NCBI GenBank assembly: GCA_031284525.1
Contig: JAISZR010000001.1
Location: 51,623 to 115,622 of the forward strand
DNA length: 64,000 bases
DNA from: Oscillospiraceae bacterium
GTDB lineage: Bacteria > Bacillota > Clostridia > Oscillospirales > Ruminococcaceae
Direction: 5' to 3'
Translations under genes and position numbers: made by a program
Notes under the pieces: model-generated
The model's database searches: none
What the model was told of the DNA's origin: nothing
Seen by the model: only the letters and a program-made list of their open reading frames with translations
In this document: positions 26,822 through 36,462 of the stretch, in pieces
Layout of the letters: the number at the start of each line of letters is the position of its first letter
How positions within the stretch are numbered: position 1 is the first letter of the stretch

Positions 26822-28636
26822 ATGATGCCAGAGAATAGAATAAGAGTTTTAGATGAAAACATTTCCAAGCTCATTGCAGCCGGCGAAGTCGTTGAAAGAC
26901 CGGCATCAGTGGTCAAGGAACTTGTTGAAAATTCAATCGATGCTGGTAGTAGATTGATTCAAATTGAGATTGAAAATGGTGGGATTTCAAAAATCAGGGT
27001 CTCGGACGACGGCTGTGGGATTAAGAGAGATGATGTAAAAACGGCATTTTTACGTCACGCGACCAGTAAGCTTTGGACTGAAGAGGACCTTACAAACATC
27101 ACGACTTTGGGGTTCAGGGGCGAGGCGTTGGCCTCGATTGCCGCTGTTTCAAAAGTAAAGATTGTGACTAGGGTCAAGGGTGAAGTTGCAGGGACAAGAC
27201 TTGAACTTGAGGCGGGTGAGCAAAAATACCTAGATGAGGAAGGCTGCCCCCAAGGGACAAGCATTGTTGTCCGTGACCTCTTTTTCAATTTGCCGGCTAG
27301 GATGAAATTTTTGAAAAAAGATCATTCGGAAGCTGCCGCCGTCGGCAGTTTGATTGAAAAACTAGCCCTTTCTCACCCGGAAATTTCGTTTAAATTTGTT
27401 AAAGACGGGGTTTTGAAATTCCGGACACCTGGCGACGGGAAGTTGATCACAGTTATCCGCGAGATTTTGGGTAAGGAGATAGCCCAAGTTATGTTGCCGG
27501 TTGCACTGGAACAAGATGGTCTTAAACTTGATGGGTATACCGTCCATCCCAGCCACACAAGGGCAAGCAGAAGCGCCCAGTTTTTCTTTGTAAATGGGAG
27601 ATGCATAAGAGTTCAAATTCTAACTGTTGCACTTGAAGAAGCGTACAAAAACTTGGTGGTGGTTGGTAAACATCCGATATGTGTTCTGAATCTCGGCCTG
27701 CCCTGCTCTTTTGTTGATGTGAATTTTCATCCGGCAAAAGTTAGCGTTAAATTCTTGGATGAAAAACTGGTTTATAACTTGATTTATAGTGGAGTTAAAC
27801 CCGTGGTTACCCATGCTTTGCAGCCGACTGTGACAAAAAGTTCCCAAGAAATTTTCGGTGGAGAGGCTCTTCGATTTAGAGTGCCAGTTGCACCAGAGAT
27901 AAAAATTTACAAAGACGAAGAGAGTCTTGGTGGTCCCGAAGCGCCAAAAGGGCGCGTGGATGCGATACTATGCTGCGACGAAGGGTTGCCAAAAGAGGAA
28001 GCGGCCGGTGAAGTCGCGGAGGAAGCGCGGCAACTGAGTTTGTTCGCAAGTAACGGCGGAAAAGGCATCAACGGCGAGTTGCTTGTTTTCAAAGGCGAAG
28101 TCCTAGGTACGTATATAGTGTGCCAGGCGGGAGAAGATGTGGTACTGGTTGATAAACACGCGCTACACGAAAACTTGATTTTTGAGAGCTTAAGGGAGCA
28201 AAAAGCTGACGCCGTGCAGATGTTACTGGTGCCGAATGTTGTGATGCTGAGCCCGCGTGAACACGACCTTGCAATGCAAAACAAGGAACTCTTTTCTGGT
28301 TTGGGCTTCGAAATAGATGATTTCGGAGATAATACAATTGCCGTAAGAACATTACCAATTGCCCTATGTGATGAGGATGTCGCGGCTTTGGTGACTGAGA
28401 TAACAAAAAACATAGCTGCCGGCAAAAATGATATTTCACCGGAGCAACAGGAAAAAATACTGTACACAATAGCTTGTAAGGCCGCCATAAAAGCCCACGA
28501 CAAGAATGACGAAGCGGAGTTGCAGGCTCTAGTTTCAAAGCTCAACCAAAAAAGCGGGTTGGTTTGCTGCCCACACGGGAGGCCTGTGTACTGTGTTTTG
28601 AAGCGCCAAGAAATCGAAAAGTGGTTCAAACGCTAG
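26822..28636 (+). CDS. mutL: DNA mismatch repair protein MutL (endonuclease-type)
   Basis: GHKL ATPase N-terminus (IAAGEVVERPASVVKELVENSIDAG), endonuclease motif DKHALHENLIFE, C-terminal CPHGRP. Confidence 0.96.
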   Translation: MMPENRIRVLDENISKLIAAGEVVERPASVVKELVENSIDAGSRLIQIEIENGGISKIRVSDDGCGIKRDDVKTAFLRHATSKLWTEEDLTNITTLGFRGEALASIAAVSKVKIVTRVKGEVAGTRLELEAGEQKYLDEEGCPQGTSIVVRDLFFNLPARMKFLKKDHSEAAAVGSLIEKLALSHPEISFKFVKDGVLKFRTPGDGKLITVIREILGKEIAQVMLPVALEQDGLKLDGYTVHPSHTRASRSAQFFFVNGRCIRVQILTVALEEAYKNLVVVGKHPICVLNLGLPCSFVDVNFHPAKVSVKFLDEKLVYNLIYSGVKPVVTHALQPTVTKSSQEIFGGEALRFRVPVAPEIKIYKDEESLGGPEAPKGRVDAILCCDEGLPKEEAAGEVAEEARQLSLFASNGGKGINGELLVFKGEVLGTYIVCQAGEDVVLVDKHALHENLIFESLREQKADAVQMLLVPNVVMLSPREHDLAMQNKELFSGLGFEIDDFGDNTIAVRTLPIALCDEDVAALVTEITKNIAAGKNDISPEQQEKILYTIACKAAIKAHDKNDEAELQALVSKLNQKSGLVCCPHGRPVYCVLKRQEIEKWFKR

Positions 28637-30627
28637 GTCGCCGGTGAGTCGCCATCCCTCATCATCCGCTCAAAACCTGCTGCATCGATCTTTTCGTGTT
28701 CTATTAAATATTCCGCTAACTTTTTGAGCTTAGCTTTGTTTTTAGTTAAGATTTCGATGGCTCTTTCGTATGCAGCGTCGATTATCTTTTTGATCTGCTC
28801 GTCTATTTTTTTCATGGTTTCCTCGGAATGTGAAAGTGGATCCATGTAGCCCTGGATTCCCAAAACTGAGTTGTCATACACCACGTGACCGAGCTCGGAG
28901 TTGAAACCATAGATCGTAACCATGCTCCGCGCGTTCAGGGTTGCATTGCGCATATCCGAAGATGCCCCCGTTGAAAACTCGTTAAATTCGAGTTTTTCAG
29001 CTGCTTTCCCACCCATCGCCACAACAATATCCTCAAACATGGCTTTGTCGGTTCTGTACATATCGTCTTTTTTCGGCATAGATAGGGTGAACCCACCCGC
29101 GCCGCCTGTCGGGATAATTGACACCATATTGACGTCGTCATGGTCTTCGCAATAATAAGCGCAAATTGCGTGGCCTGCTTCGTGATATGCTGTGGATTTT
29201 CTGTTGCTGGCTGTCACCCGTTTTGATTTTTTTTCTGTTCCCACGATGACCCTTATAATCGCATCATCTATATCTTTTGACCTGATTGCCTTTTTCTCGT
29301 TTTTGGCGGCAAGAAGAGCCGCTTCGTTTAACAAATTTGCCAGATCCGCCCCGGTGAAACCGATTGTCGCCTTTGCCACGGTTTCTAGGTTAACATCTGG
29401 TGCCAGTGGTTTATTTCTGGCGTGCACATTCAGGATTTCCTCTCGGCCTTTTATGTCCGGGTACCCAATATAGATCTGCCTATCAAACCTGCCGGGTCTT
29501 AGCAACGCTTTGTCTAGCATTTGGCTCATGTTTGTTGCCGCCACAACAATAACCCCGGAATTGGGTTTAAACCCGTCCATTTCCACGAGCAATTGGTTGA
29601 GTGTTTGATCCCTTTCATCGTGCCCGCCGAATGATCCACTTTCTCTCCTTTTGCCAACCGCATCAATCTCATCTATGAATATTATGCATGGAGAATGCTT
29701 TTTCGCTTGCTCAAAAAGGTCACGAACTCTTGAAGCACCAACACCAACGAACATCTCCACAAACGCAGAGCCGGAAATGAACAGGAACGGAACGCTTGCT
29801 TCACCGGCAAGGGCCCTCGCCAAGAGTGTTTTCCCGGTTCCAGGTGGCCCAACAAGCAAAACGCCAGAGGGAATCCTTGCACCGATTTCATTGAATTTGT
29901 TTGGATTTTTTAGAAACTGGATCAAATCCTCGATCTCTTCTTTTTCTTCACTCAACGCCGCAACATCACTCATGAGGACTTTGGGCCCTTTGTCCAGATA
30001 TCTGATGTTTTTAGATTTAAAGCCACCTATATTCTGTCCAATGGAGCCTTTTGTCATGTATCGGAACACGAAAAATATCAACACGAGCGGCAACACCGAA
30101 CTTACGATGAACTCTAACGAACCCATCATGAATGTCGAAGGGTGCTTATAATCGCTTTTGATTGAGTTTCGGTAGGATTCTATGTCTTTAAGAAACAATC
30201 CGGTGTCTGGCACTTTATATTTTATCGATTCTATCACCGCAGGTTTCTTGATTTCGCTTACCCGAATTACACCGTCAGCAATAAGTCTAACACTCGTAAC
30301 CACATTCTTCGAGAAGAGATCCATAATTTCTTCGTACTGCTTTGCGCAAAGCTCGAGATTCGTGGGATCTTCTGCCAACAATGTGGATGGTAGCTTGAAT
30401 TGGCGATCAGCTATGTGGGCTTTTGCGTGTTCAACCACGAGATCAAGATTCCTATTTTCGAGGTTTAAGTTAAACCCCAGGACCTCGCCTTTTTTAAAGT
30501 AACTTATGATCTGGTAGTATTTAATTGTGTCTTTGTTCCCGCTCCCAAAGAACAAAAAAGTTGATAGAACTAAAAGGACACAAATCGTCAGATATAAAAT
30601 AAAATCACTAGATTTTTTGTTTTTCAA
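28633..30627 (-). CDS. ftsH: ATP-dependent zinc metalloprotease FtsH
   Basis: Walker A GPPGTGKT, Walker [10 protein letters not shown], Zn site HEAGHA. N-terminal TM plus extracytoplasmic domain. Confidence 0.98.
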   Translation of the reverse strand: MKNKKSSDFILYLTICVLLVLSTFLFFGSGNKDTIKYYQIISYFKKGEVLGFNLNLENRNLDLVVEHAKAHIADRQFKLPSTLLAEDPTNLELCAKQYEEIMDLFSKNVVTSVRLIADGVIRVSEIKKPAVIESIKYKVPDTGLFLKDIESYRNSIKSDYKHPSTFMMGSLEFIVSSVLPLVLIFFVFRYMTKGSIGQNIGGFKSKNIRYLDKGPKVLMSDVAALSEEKEEIEDLIQFLKNPNKFNEIGARIPSGVLLVGPPGTGKTLLARALAGEASVPFLFISGSAFVEMFVGVGASRVRDLFEQAKKHSPCIIFIDEIDAVGKRRESGSFGGHDERDQTLNQLLVEMDGFKPNSGVIVVAATNMSQMLDKALLRPGRFDRQIYIGYPDIKGREEILNVHARNKPLAPDVNLETVAKATIGFTGADLANLLNEAALLAAKNEKKAIRSKDIDDAIIRVIVGTEKKSKRVTASNRKSTAYHEAGHAICAYYCEDHDDVNMVSIIPTGGAGGFTLSMPKKDDMYRTDKAMFEDIVVAMGGKAAEKLEFNEFSTGASSDMRNATLNARSMVTIYGFNSELGHVVYDNSVLGIQGYMDPLSHSEETMKKIDEQIKKIIDAAYERAIEILTKNKAKLKKLAEYLIEHEKIDAAGFERMMRDGDSPAT

Positions 30628-30651
30628 AGATCTACATCTCCCATAAACTTA

Positions 30652-31215
30652 TCACTGTTTTTGATAGATTTCTTTCTTCAGCACTCCTATGTATGGCAAG
30701 TTTCTGTACCTTTCGCAATAATCCAGCCCATACCCAACAACAAATTCATCAGGGATGACAAAACCGCAATAATCCAGCTTAACCCCTTCGAGCCGTCTGC
30801 CTGGTTTGTCAAGCAACGCTGCAATTTTGATGCTGCGTGGGTACCTTTCGCCAAGGATGTTAATCAGGTAATTCAGGGTCATTCCGCTATCTAAAACGTC
30901 CTCAACAATCAAAACATCATACCCTTCAAGTGCTGTGTCTAGGTCCTTAACTATCCTCACAACGCCCGAGGTCTGTGTGTTTTTGCCATAACTCGAAACT
31001 GCCATGAAATCGACTTCAGTGTGAATCGAAATTTCGCGCATCAAATCGGCGAGAAAAACAACTGCACCTTTGAGAACGCTCATCATAAGCAGGTTCTGGC
31101 CTTTATAATCTCTGCTTATTTGGGCGCCCATTTCTTTCACTTTGTCCCGGATCTCTTTTGCCGTTATCAGAATTTCACATAGATCGTTTTCCATTTCCAT
31201 TTTCTCGCCACCCAT
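30652..31215 (-). CDS. hpt: Hypoxanthine phosphoribosyltransferase
   Basis: PRPP-binding motif VLIVEDVLDSGMT. Immediately upstream of ftsH, as in most Firmicutes. The start may be the ATG at 31200. Confidence 0.93.
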   Translation of the reverse strand: MGGEKMEMENDLCEILITAKEIRDKVKEMGAQISRDYKGQNLLMMSVLKGAVVFLADLMREISIHTEVDFMAVSSYGKNTQTSGVVRIVKDLDTALEGYDVLIVEDVLDSGMTLNYLINILGERYPRSIKIAALLDKPGRRLEGVKLDYCGFVIPDEFVVGYGLDYCERYRNLPYIGVLKKEIYQKQ

Positions 31216-31364
31216 TCTATTACTGATTTTTGACCGTTACGGCAACATATTTTGGTTGCCAGCACAAATCTGCAACTGGGCCATTTGGCAAGATCCTGTT
31301 ACTCACTTGCCGGGCAAAATCACCTTCCGCTAACTGTTATCCCCGAACTCCAATGTACTTCGCG

Positions 31365-31757
31365 TCAAGGGCCGCGGGACTGGGTTTTTACAATTTCAAC
31401 AGCAACATAGTCAAAATCCGCTTCAATCGGCGCTTGTGGTTTTTTGACCAAAACGTCAACCCTAGCAATGTCTGCAAAATCGGCCAAAAGCTGCTCTGCA
31501 ACGCGATCTGCCACTTTTTCAATCAGGTTATAGGATTTTTCAGTGGCTGTTTTGATGACGGTATGCACGGCCTTCGAATAGTCTATGGTGTCGCTGACAC
31601 CGTCGGTTTTGCGCGGCAAGCTCAGATCGGCGTATATGCGCAGATCGAAGATGAAATTCTGCCCGTTTCTCTTTTCTTCTGGATTAACGCCGTGATAAGC
31701 AAATACCTTTAGCCCTTTGATTACTATCTCATCTAGTTTATCCAACTTAACTGTCAC
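31365..31757 (-). CDS. folB: Dihydroneopterin aldolase FolB
   Basis: IVIKGLKVFAYHGVNPEEKRNGQNFIFDL is the FolB signature. Overlaps the folE stop. Confidence 0.9.
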   Translation of the reverse strand: MTVKLDKLDEIVIKGLKVFAYHGVNPEEKRNGQNFIFDLRIYADLSLPRKTDGVSDTIDYSKAVHTVIKTATEKSYNLIEKVADRVAEQLLADFADIARVDVLVKKPQAPIEADFDYVAVEIVKTQSRGP

Positions 31758-32346
31758 CTTTCCGGGTTTTTAAGTCCATCAACAAGTTCATAGTTTCGTT
31801 TCGCAAGTCAAGGTTTGTTTTCATGTCTCCTTTGAAGATTGCAGTCTTAGTTTTGGAGCCAGATGCCTTAGTTCCTCTTATGGTTATGCAAAGATGTTCA
31901 GCTTCTATTATTACCGCGACGCCGGAAGCATCCAAGTTATCATGTAAAAAGTTGGCTATCTCATTGGTAAGTCTCTCTTGTACCTGCAAACGTCTTGCAT
32001 AGTGCTCCACTATTCTTGAGAGCTTCGAGAGTCCAATAATCCGGTTGCCTCTTGGCATATATGCAACATGTGCCACTCCCAAAAACGGTAGCAGATGGTG
32101 CTCGCACACGGAGTGCACCGGTATGTCTTTAACGGCAATTATTTCTCCAGCAACTCCGGATCCGTCAAATAGCTTCACGTGTTGCTTTGGGTCCGCGCCA
32201 TATCCCGAAAACATTTCAGGGCACATCTCAGCCACACGCCTAGGAGTTTCTTGCAACCCTTTTCTTGTGACATCTTCACCAAGTGCTTCTAGGATCTCTT
32301 TCACTGCATTTTCTATTTTTGCTTTATTTATTGCGAAAACCACCAC
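31747..32346 (-). CDS. folE: GTP cyclohydrolase I FolE
   Basis: LGEDVTRKGLQETPRRVAEM, SVCEHHLLPF and the HLC motif are conserved. GTG start. Confidence 0.95.
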   Translation of the reverse strand: MVVFAINKAKIENAVKEILEALGEDVTRKGLQETPRRVAEMCPEMFSGYGADPKQHVKLFDGSGVAGEIIAVKDIPVHSVCEHHLLPFLGVAHVAYMPRGNRIIGLSKLSRIVEHYARRLQVQERLTNEIANFLHDNLDASGVAVIIEAEHLCITIRGTKASGSKTKTAIFKGDMKTNLDLRNETMNLLMDLKTRKGDS

Positions 32347-32390
32347 TTTAACATATCTTTACCCCCCGTGCGAGGGTCTCTATGCAAGAG

Positions 32391-32419
32391 ATTTTACCAT
32401 CAAAATGCTAAAAGTGCAA
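32391..32419 (-). promoter_or_regulatory. Candidate sigma-70 promoter of folE-folB (TTGCAC-17 nt-TAAAAT, TGg extended -10)
   Basis: Read on the minus strand: ttgcac ttttagcattttgatgg taaaat, about 45 nt upstream of the folE GTG. Confidence 0.5.
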
Positions 32420-32621
32420 GCTGGTAAAAAGGCCTTGTAATTTCATGATTATATGTGCTGCCAAGGGTACCGCCGAATGAGAAGCGGATGATGGGGAAGG
32501 CAAGCGAAGGTAGTGCGCTCCAAGGCAGCCAAGAGCAGCACACGGATGGGCAGCGGCTTTTGTTGCCGGTTCAAAGAATTATACCCGCGAAGGCAAATCA
32601 GTGAAATAGGGTAACTTGGTA

Positions 32622-34955
32622 CTAAAGATTTTTTCGGTTTTGCATTTCTAACCATTCCCGTTTGGAGATCATCACTTTTCTGGCTTTGCTTCCGTCACTT
32701 TCGCCCACAATTCCTCTTTCTTCCATTTCGTCAATCAACCGTGCCGCGCGCGAATACCCGATTTTAAGTCTTCTTTGCAACAACGAGGTGGATGCTTGCC
32801 CCATCTCGATAATGCACCTGATTGCGGTGTTTAGCATATCATCTCGCTCCGATGTGGGGGCTTTGGGGAGATCTTTTTCTTTTACTGCAAGCCTTTCGAT
32901 TTCTTGCTCAACTTCGTCGCTGTAATCAACTTCCTGCTCCTCTTTGATGAATTCAACCACGCGCTCCACTTCTTTGTCTGTTACTAAACATCCCTGCACC
33001 CGAATGGGTTTGCTGCCTCCCATTGGCAAAAACAGCATATCCCCTCTGCCAAGCAGTTTTTCGGCCCCGGATGAATCCAAAATCGTCCTTGAATCCACTT
33101 GTGAAGAGACTGCAAAGGCAATCCTACTTGGGATGTTCGCTTTGATAATTCCGGTAACCACATCGACGGAGGGCCTTTGGGTTGCAACCACCAAATGCAT
33201 TCCGGCAGCTCGTGCCATCTGCGCTAGCCGGCAGATTGAATCCTCAACTTCACTCGGTGCAACCATCATCAAATCTGCCAATTCATCAATAATAACCACG
33301 ATCTGCGGTAGTTTTTCCAAGTCATCACGAACACTCGCCAATTTGTTGTATTTCTCAAGGTCGCGAACTGAATTCTCTGCGAACAACTTATACCGATTGA
33401 GCATTTCACAAACTGCCCAACCGAGCGCACCTGCCGCTTTCTTTGCATCTGTTACTACCGGGACCAAGAGGTGTGGAATCCCGTTATAAACGCCCAATTC
33501 TACTACTTTAGGGTCAATCATCAACAATTTCACGTCGTTTGGAGATGATTTGTATATTAGACTTATGATAATTGAATTGATGCAAACCGATTTGCCAGAC
33601 CCGGTTGAACCGGCGATTAACACGTGTGGCATTTTTGCAATGTCAGCAACTGTAAAATTCCCGGCGATATCCTTGCCAAGCGCAATTGTCAGATTGCTTT
33701 TGTTTTTTTCAAACGGCTCTGATTCAAGCGCTTCCCGGATATTTACGAGTGTCGTTGTTTTGTTTGGCACCTCGATTCCAACAGCTGCTTTGTTTGGAAC
33801 AGGTGCTTCTATCCTAACGCCGACTGTTGCTAGGTTCAGTGCAATGTCGTCCGAAAGCCCTGTAATTTTATTGATCTTAACGCCGACTGAGGGCTGCAAT
33901 TCATATCTTGTCACTGAGGGTCCTCTTGAGATGTCCACGATTGTTGCACCAACACCAAAACTCTTTAATGTCTCAATCAACTTGTTTGCAGTTACCTTTA
34001 ACTCTTCGTTCAGTTTTGTTGTATTTTGCGGCTTGGGTTGGTTTAGTAAATCTAGTCCTGGCAACCTGTAACCGTCCTCTAGAGCGGCATTTTCTTCTTT
34101 GTCGGCGTCAAAGGGAGACTTGCCCTTTTCTGCAGTGGCTGGGCCTGCAGATTTCCAAGAGCGCTTTTTATCCACAAGGCTTAAAAACTTGAGCTGATTT
34201 TCTTCAATCTGATCGAATTGCAAATCATCTTCAAATTCAAAGGCCTTGGCATCAGCCTCCTGTTCCAACACTCCGAATTCATCAGCTTCTTTTGCAATCT
34301 GCCTAAACCACGTCTTGTTCTTTTTCCCCGATTCTTCTTGCTTAGTGCCAGATGATTTGGTTGGTCCCTTTGGCGCCTCTTTTGCAGTCTGTCTGACCTT
34401 TATGTGTCTATATACATCTATGATTGTGATGCGAAAGACCAACATAACGAGGAGAAGAATCAAAATGCCAGTGACAATTCCCGCACCCCAAATGCCGCAA
34501 AATTTCACCAATGGCAGTGCCAAAATTCCGGAGAGTGCGCCGCCGCCATGTTTTGCGCCTTGTTCATAAAATTCAACGAAACGGCCCATCCAATCTGTGT
34601 TTTTATCGGATTCTTCGAATTGAATAATGTGGGTTACGATTCCGAGGAGTAAAATAAGCGCAAAACCTTGATTCACTTCTCTTGCAATCGAAATTTTTCG
34701 CTTTTCTCCCTCCACTATCACCGAAATATACATTAACAATGGTCCCAAAATAATCGCACACCAACCAACCAACCCACAGATGAAGTTGTGGGCAATCGTC
34801 CACCCCGAATCTCCCTTTAGTAGTGCAAGCAAAAGGAAAAGCAGGCCTAAAGCAAACAAAACAATGCTCCAAGTTCGATTATTTGTTTGCCTTTGTTTCT
34901 TTTTCATCGCCGCACTCGCCGTTATCGTGCCCCTTGCAACTTTTTTTCTAGCCAT
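32622..34955 (-). CDS. ftsK: DNA translocase FtsK/SpoIIIE
   Basis: N-terminal TM helices, linker, motor domain with Walker A GSTGSGKS, and a C-terminal gamma winged-helix (GYSRAARLIDEME). Confidence 0.96.
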   Translation of the reverse strand: MARKKVARGTITASAAMKKKQRQTNNRTWSIVLFALGLLFLLLALLKGDSGWTIAHNFICGLVGWCAIILGPLLMYISVIVEGEKRKISIAREVNQGFALILLLGIVTHIIQFEESDKNTDWMGRFVEFYEQGAKHGGGALSGILALPLVKFCGIWGAGIVTGILILLLVMLVFRITIIDVYRHIKVRQTAKEAPKGPTKSSGTKQEESGKKNKTWFRQIAKEADEFGVLEQEADAKAFEFEDDLQFDQIEENQLKFLSLVDKKRSWKSAGPATAEKGKSPFDADKEENAALEDGYRLPGLDLLNQPKPQNTTKLNEELKVTANKLIETLKSFGVGATIVDISRGPSVTRYELQPSVGVKINKITGLSDDIALNLATVGVRIEAPVPNKAAVGIEVPNKTTTLVNIREALESEPFEKNKSNLTIALGKDIAGNFTVADIAKMPHVLIAGSTGSGKSVCINSIIISLIYKSSPNDVKLLMIDPKVVELGVYNGIPHLLVPVVTDAKKAAGALGWAVCEMLNRYKLFAENSVRDLEKYNKLASVRDDLEKLPQIVVIIDELADLMMVAPSEVEDSICRLAQMARAAGMHLVVATQRPSVDVVTGIIKANIPSRIAFAVSSQVDSRTILDSSGAEKLLGRGDMLFLPMGGSKPIRVQGCLVTDKEVERVVEFIKEEQEVDYSDEVEQEIERLAVKEKDLPKAPTSERDDMLNTAIRCIIEMGQASTSLLQRRLKIGYSRAARLIDEMEERGIVGESDGSKARKVMISKREWLEMQNRKNL

Positions 34956-35315
34956 CTCATTGCCTCATTTAAACACAAAATTACTGAATTCCAGCCTTTA
35001 TTTTATCATGTTTATTCGTCGCATGCAACTTGTTAACTTTCGGCGGGATGACAAGATGGTTTTGCTTCCGTATACGGATGCCTGTGCGTGTGTTTGTTAC
35101 GGAGGGCTGTTGAGTACATAGTTGCGGAATGGTTCGGCAGATCCCAAGTCTTATATATGTTCGCCATATGAGAGCGATTTCTTTGCAGGCAAAAATTTCA
35201 GAACAAAAAGCTTTTGACTTCAGGAACAGAGTAGAATTTAGGAATGTTTTTTCGAATCTAAAAACGGCGACGGCATGCGGTTTTAAAGTTTGTTTGTTGG
35301 TGCGGATGCTGATTA

Positions 35316-35344
35316 TTGACATCCATGCTGATTCATAGTACAAT
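35316..35344 (+). promoter_or_regulatory. Sigma-70 promoter of the str operon (TTGACA-17 nt-TACAAT)
   Basis: Perfect -35 at 35316-35321 and TACAAT at 35339-35344, 37 nt upstream of rpsL. Confidence 0.65.
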
Positions 35345-35381
35345 TAGCTGGTTAATTGTGTGTTTGAGGGAGGTGTAGAAG

Positions 35382-35813
35382 ATGCCAACATTTAACCAGC
35401 TTGTGAGAAATGGGCGCAAAACAACGGCAAGGAAGCCTACGGTTCCGGCTCTTTTGAGAGGGTTCAACTCAAAGAAGAAGATCATAACACAAGAGGAATC
35501 CCCGCAAAAAAGAGGCGTGTGTGTTGCAATCAGGACTCAAACGCCCAGAAAGCCCAATTCTGCCTTGCGCAAAGTTGCAAGAGTGAGGCTTTCTAACGGG
35601 ATGGAAGTGACTTCTTATATCCCGGGGATTGGCCACAATCTGCAAGAGCACAGCGTGGTTCTTATCCGTGGGGGTCGTGTTAGAGATTTGCCCGGGGTGC
35701 GATATCATACGATTCGCGGGGCGCTTGATGTGCAAGGGACTGCCAACAGGCAGCAGGGGCGCTCGAAATATGGCTCCAAGAAGCCAAAAGCTGGTACTGC
35801 TAACAAGAAATAG
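35382..35813 (+). CDS. rpsL: 30S ribosomal protein S12
   Basis: [13 protein letters not shown]...KRGVCV...[19 protein letters not shown] is unmistakable. Confidence 0.99.
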   Translation: MPTFNQLVRNGRKTTARKPTVPALLRGFNSKKKIITQEESPQKRGVCVAIRTQTPRKPNSALRKVARVRLSNGMEVTSYIPGIGHNLQEHSVVLIRGGRVRDLPGVRYHTIRGALDVQGTANRQQGRSKYGSKKPKAGTANKK

Positions 35814-35936
35814 GATCTGTTTTTTGCTAATGTGGCATTTTCGTGCACGCACATGCCTCGATGTTAGCGACTTGTCGGGAGTTTGTTTCTTTCGAGTACC
35901 GAAGAATTCATTTTTATGGTGGAGGAGGGAAGACAG

Positions 35937-36407
35937 GTGCCAAGAAGGGGCAATGTTCCCAAACGCGATGTGTTGCCGGACCCTATCTATGGGACCAAGT
36001 TGGTAACAAAACTTATAAACAATATTATGTATGATGGTAAGAGGGGAATTGCGCAAAATATAGTTTATGGGGCGTTTGGAATTATCAAAGAGACAACAGG
36101 GCGTGATCCGTTGGAAATTCTTGATGAAGCGATGGAAAACGTTACGCCGGTTCTTGAAGTTAAAGCTAGGCGTGTTGGTGGCGCAAACTATCAAGTGCCG
36201 CTGGAAGTAAGGCCAGAAAGAAGAGTAACGCTGGGGCTCAGATGGATAACGGCGGCGGCGAGGAAACGCTCTGAAAAAGTGATGAGAGAACGTCTTGCGA
36301 ACGAGCTTATGGATGCTTCGAACAAAACGGGTGCCGCGTACAAAAAGTGCGAAGATACGCATAAGATGGCGGAGGCCAATAAGGCATTTGCTCATTATAG
36401 GTGGTAA
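35937..36407 (+). CDS. rpsG: 30S ribosomal protein S7
   Basis: GTG at 35937 follows [28 protein letters not shown]... and a C-terminal AFAHYRW. Confidence 0.98.
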   Translation: MPRRGNVPKRDVLPDPIYGTKLVTKLINNIMYDGKRGIAQNIVYGAFGIIKETTGRDPLEILDEAMENVTPVLEVKARRVGGANYQVPLEVRPERRVTLGLRWITAAARKRSEKVMRERLANELMDASNKTGAAYKKCEDTHKMAEANKAFAHYRW

Positions 36408-36462
36408 GTTTTTGATGAAGGGGGCGAGTGTCCATTGGGTTTATACCTGGTGGAATTTATAG

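Noticed and set aside
27907-28629. 240-aa minus-strand ORF opposite the mutL C-terminal half
   Set aside because: The mutL frame carries the conserved endonuclease and CPHGRP motifs, and the antisense frame is Ser/Cys-rich with no features.
32455-32580. Tested the ftsK-folE spacer as SRP (4.5S/scRNA) RNA, a THF-I riboswitch or a ZTP (pfl) riboswitch
   Set aside because: It lacks the SRP domain IV GGAA-tetraloop/AGCA motif, the conserved THF-I core and the ZTP CCGCCTGGGC pseudoknot sequence. It also lies upstream of the predicted folE promoter, so it is not a folE leader. Kept only as an unclassified candidate.
35469-36395. 308-aa minus-strand ORF opposite rpsL-rpsG
   Set aside because: The plus strand encodes unmistakable S12 and S7, and the antisense product has no recognisable features.
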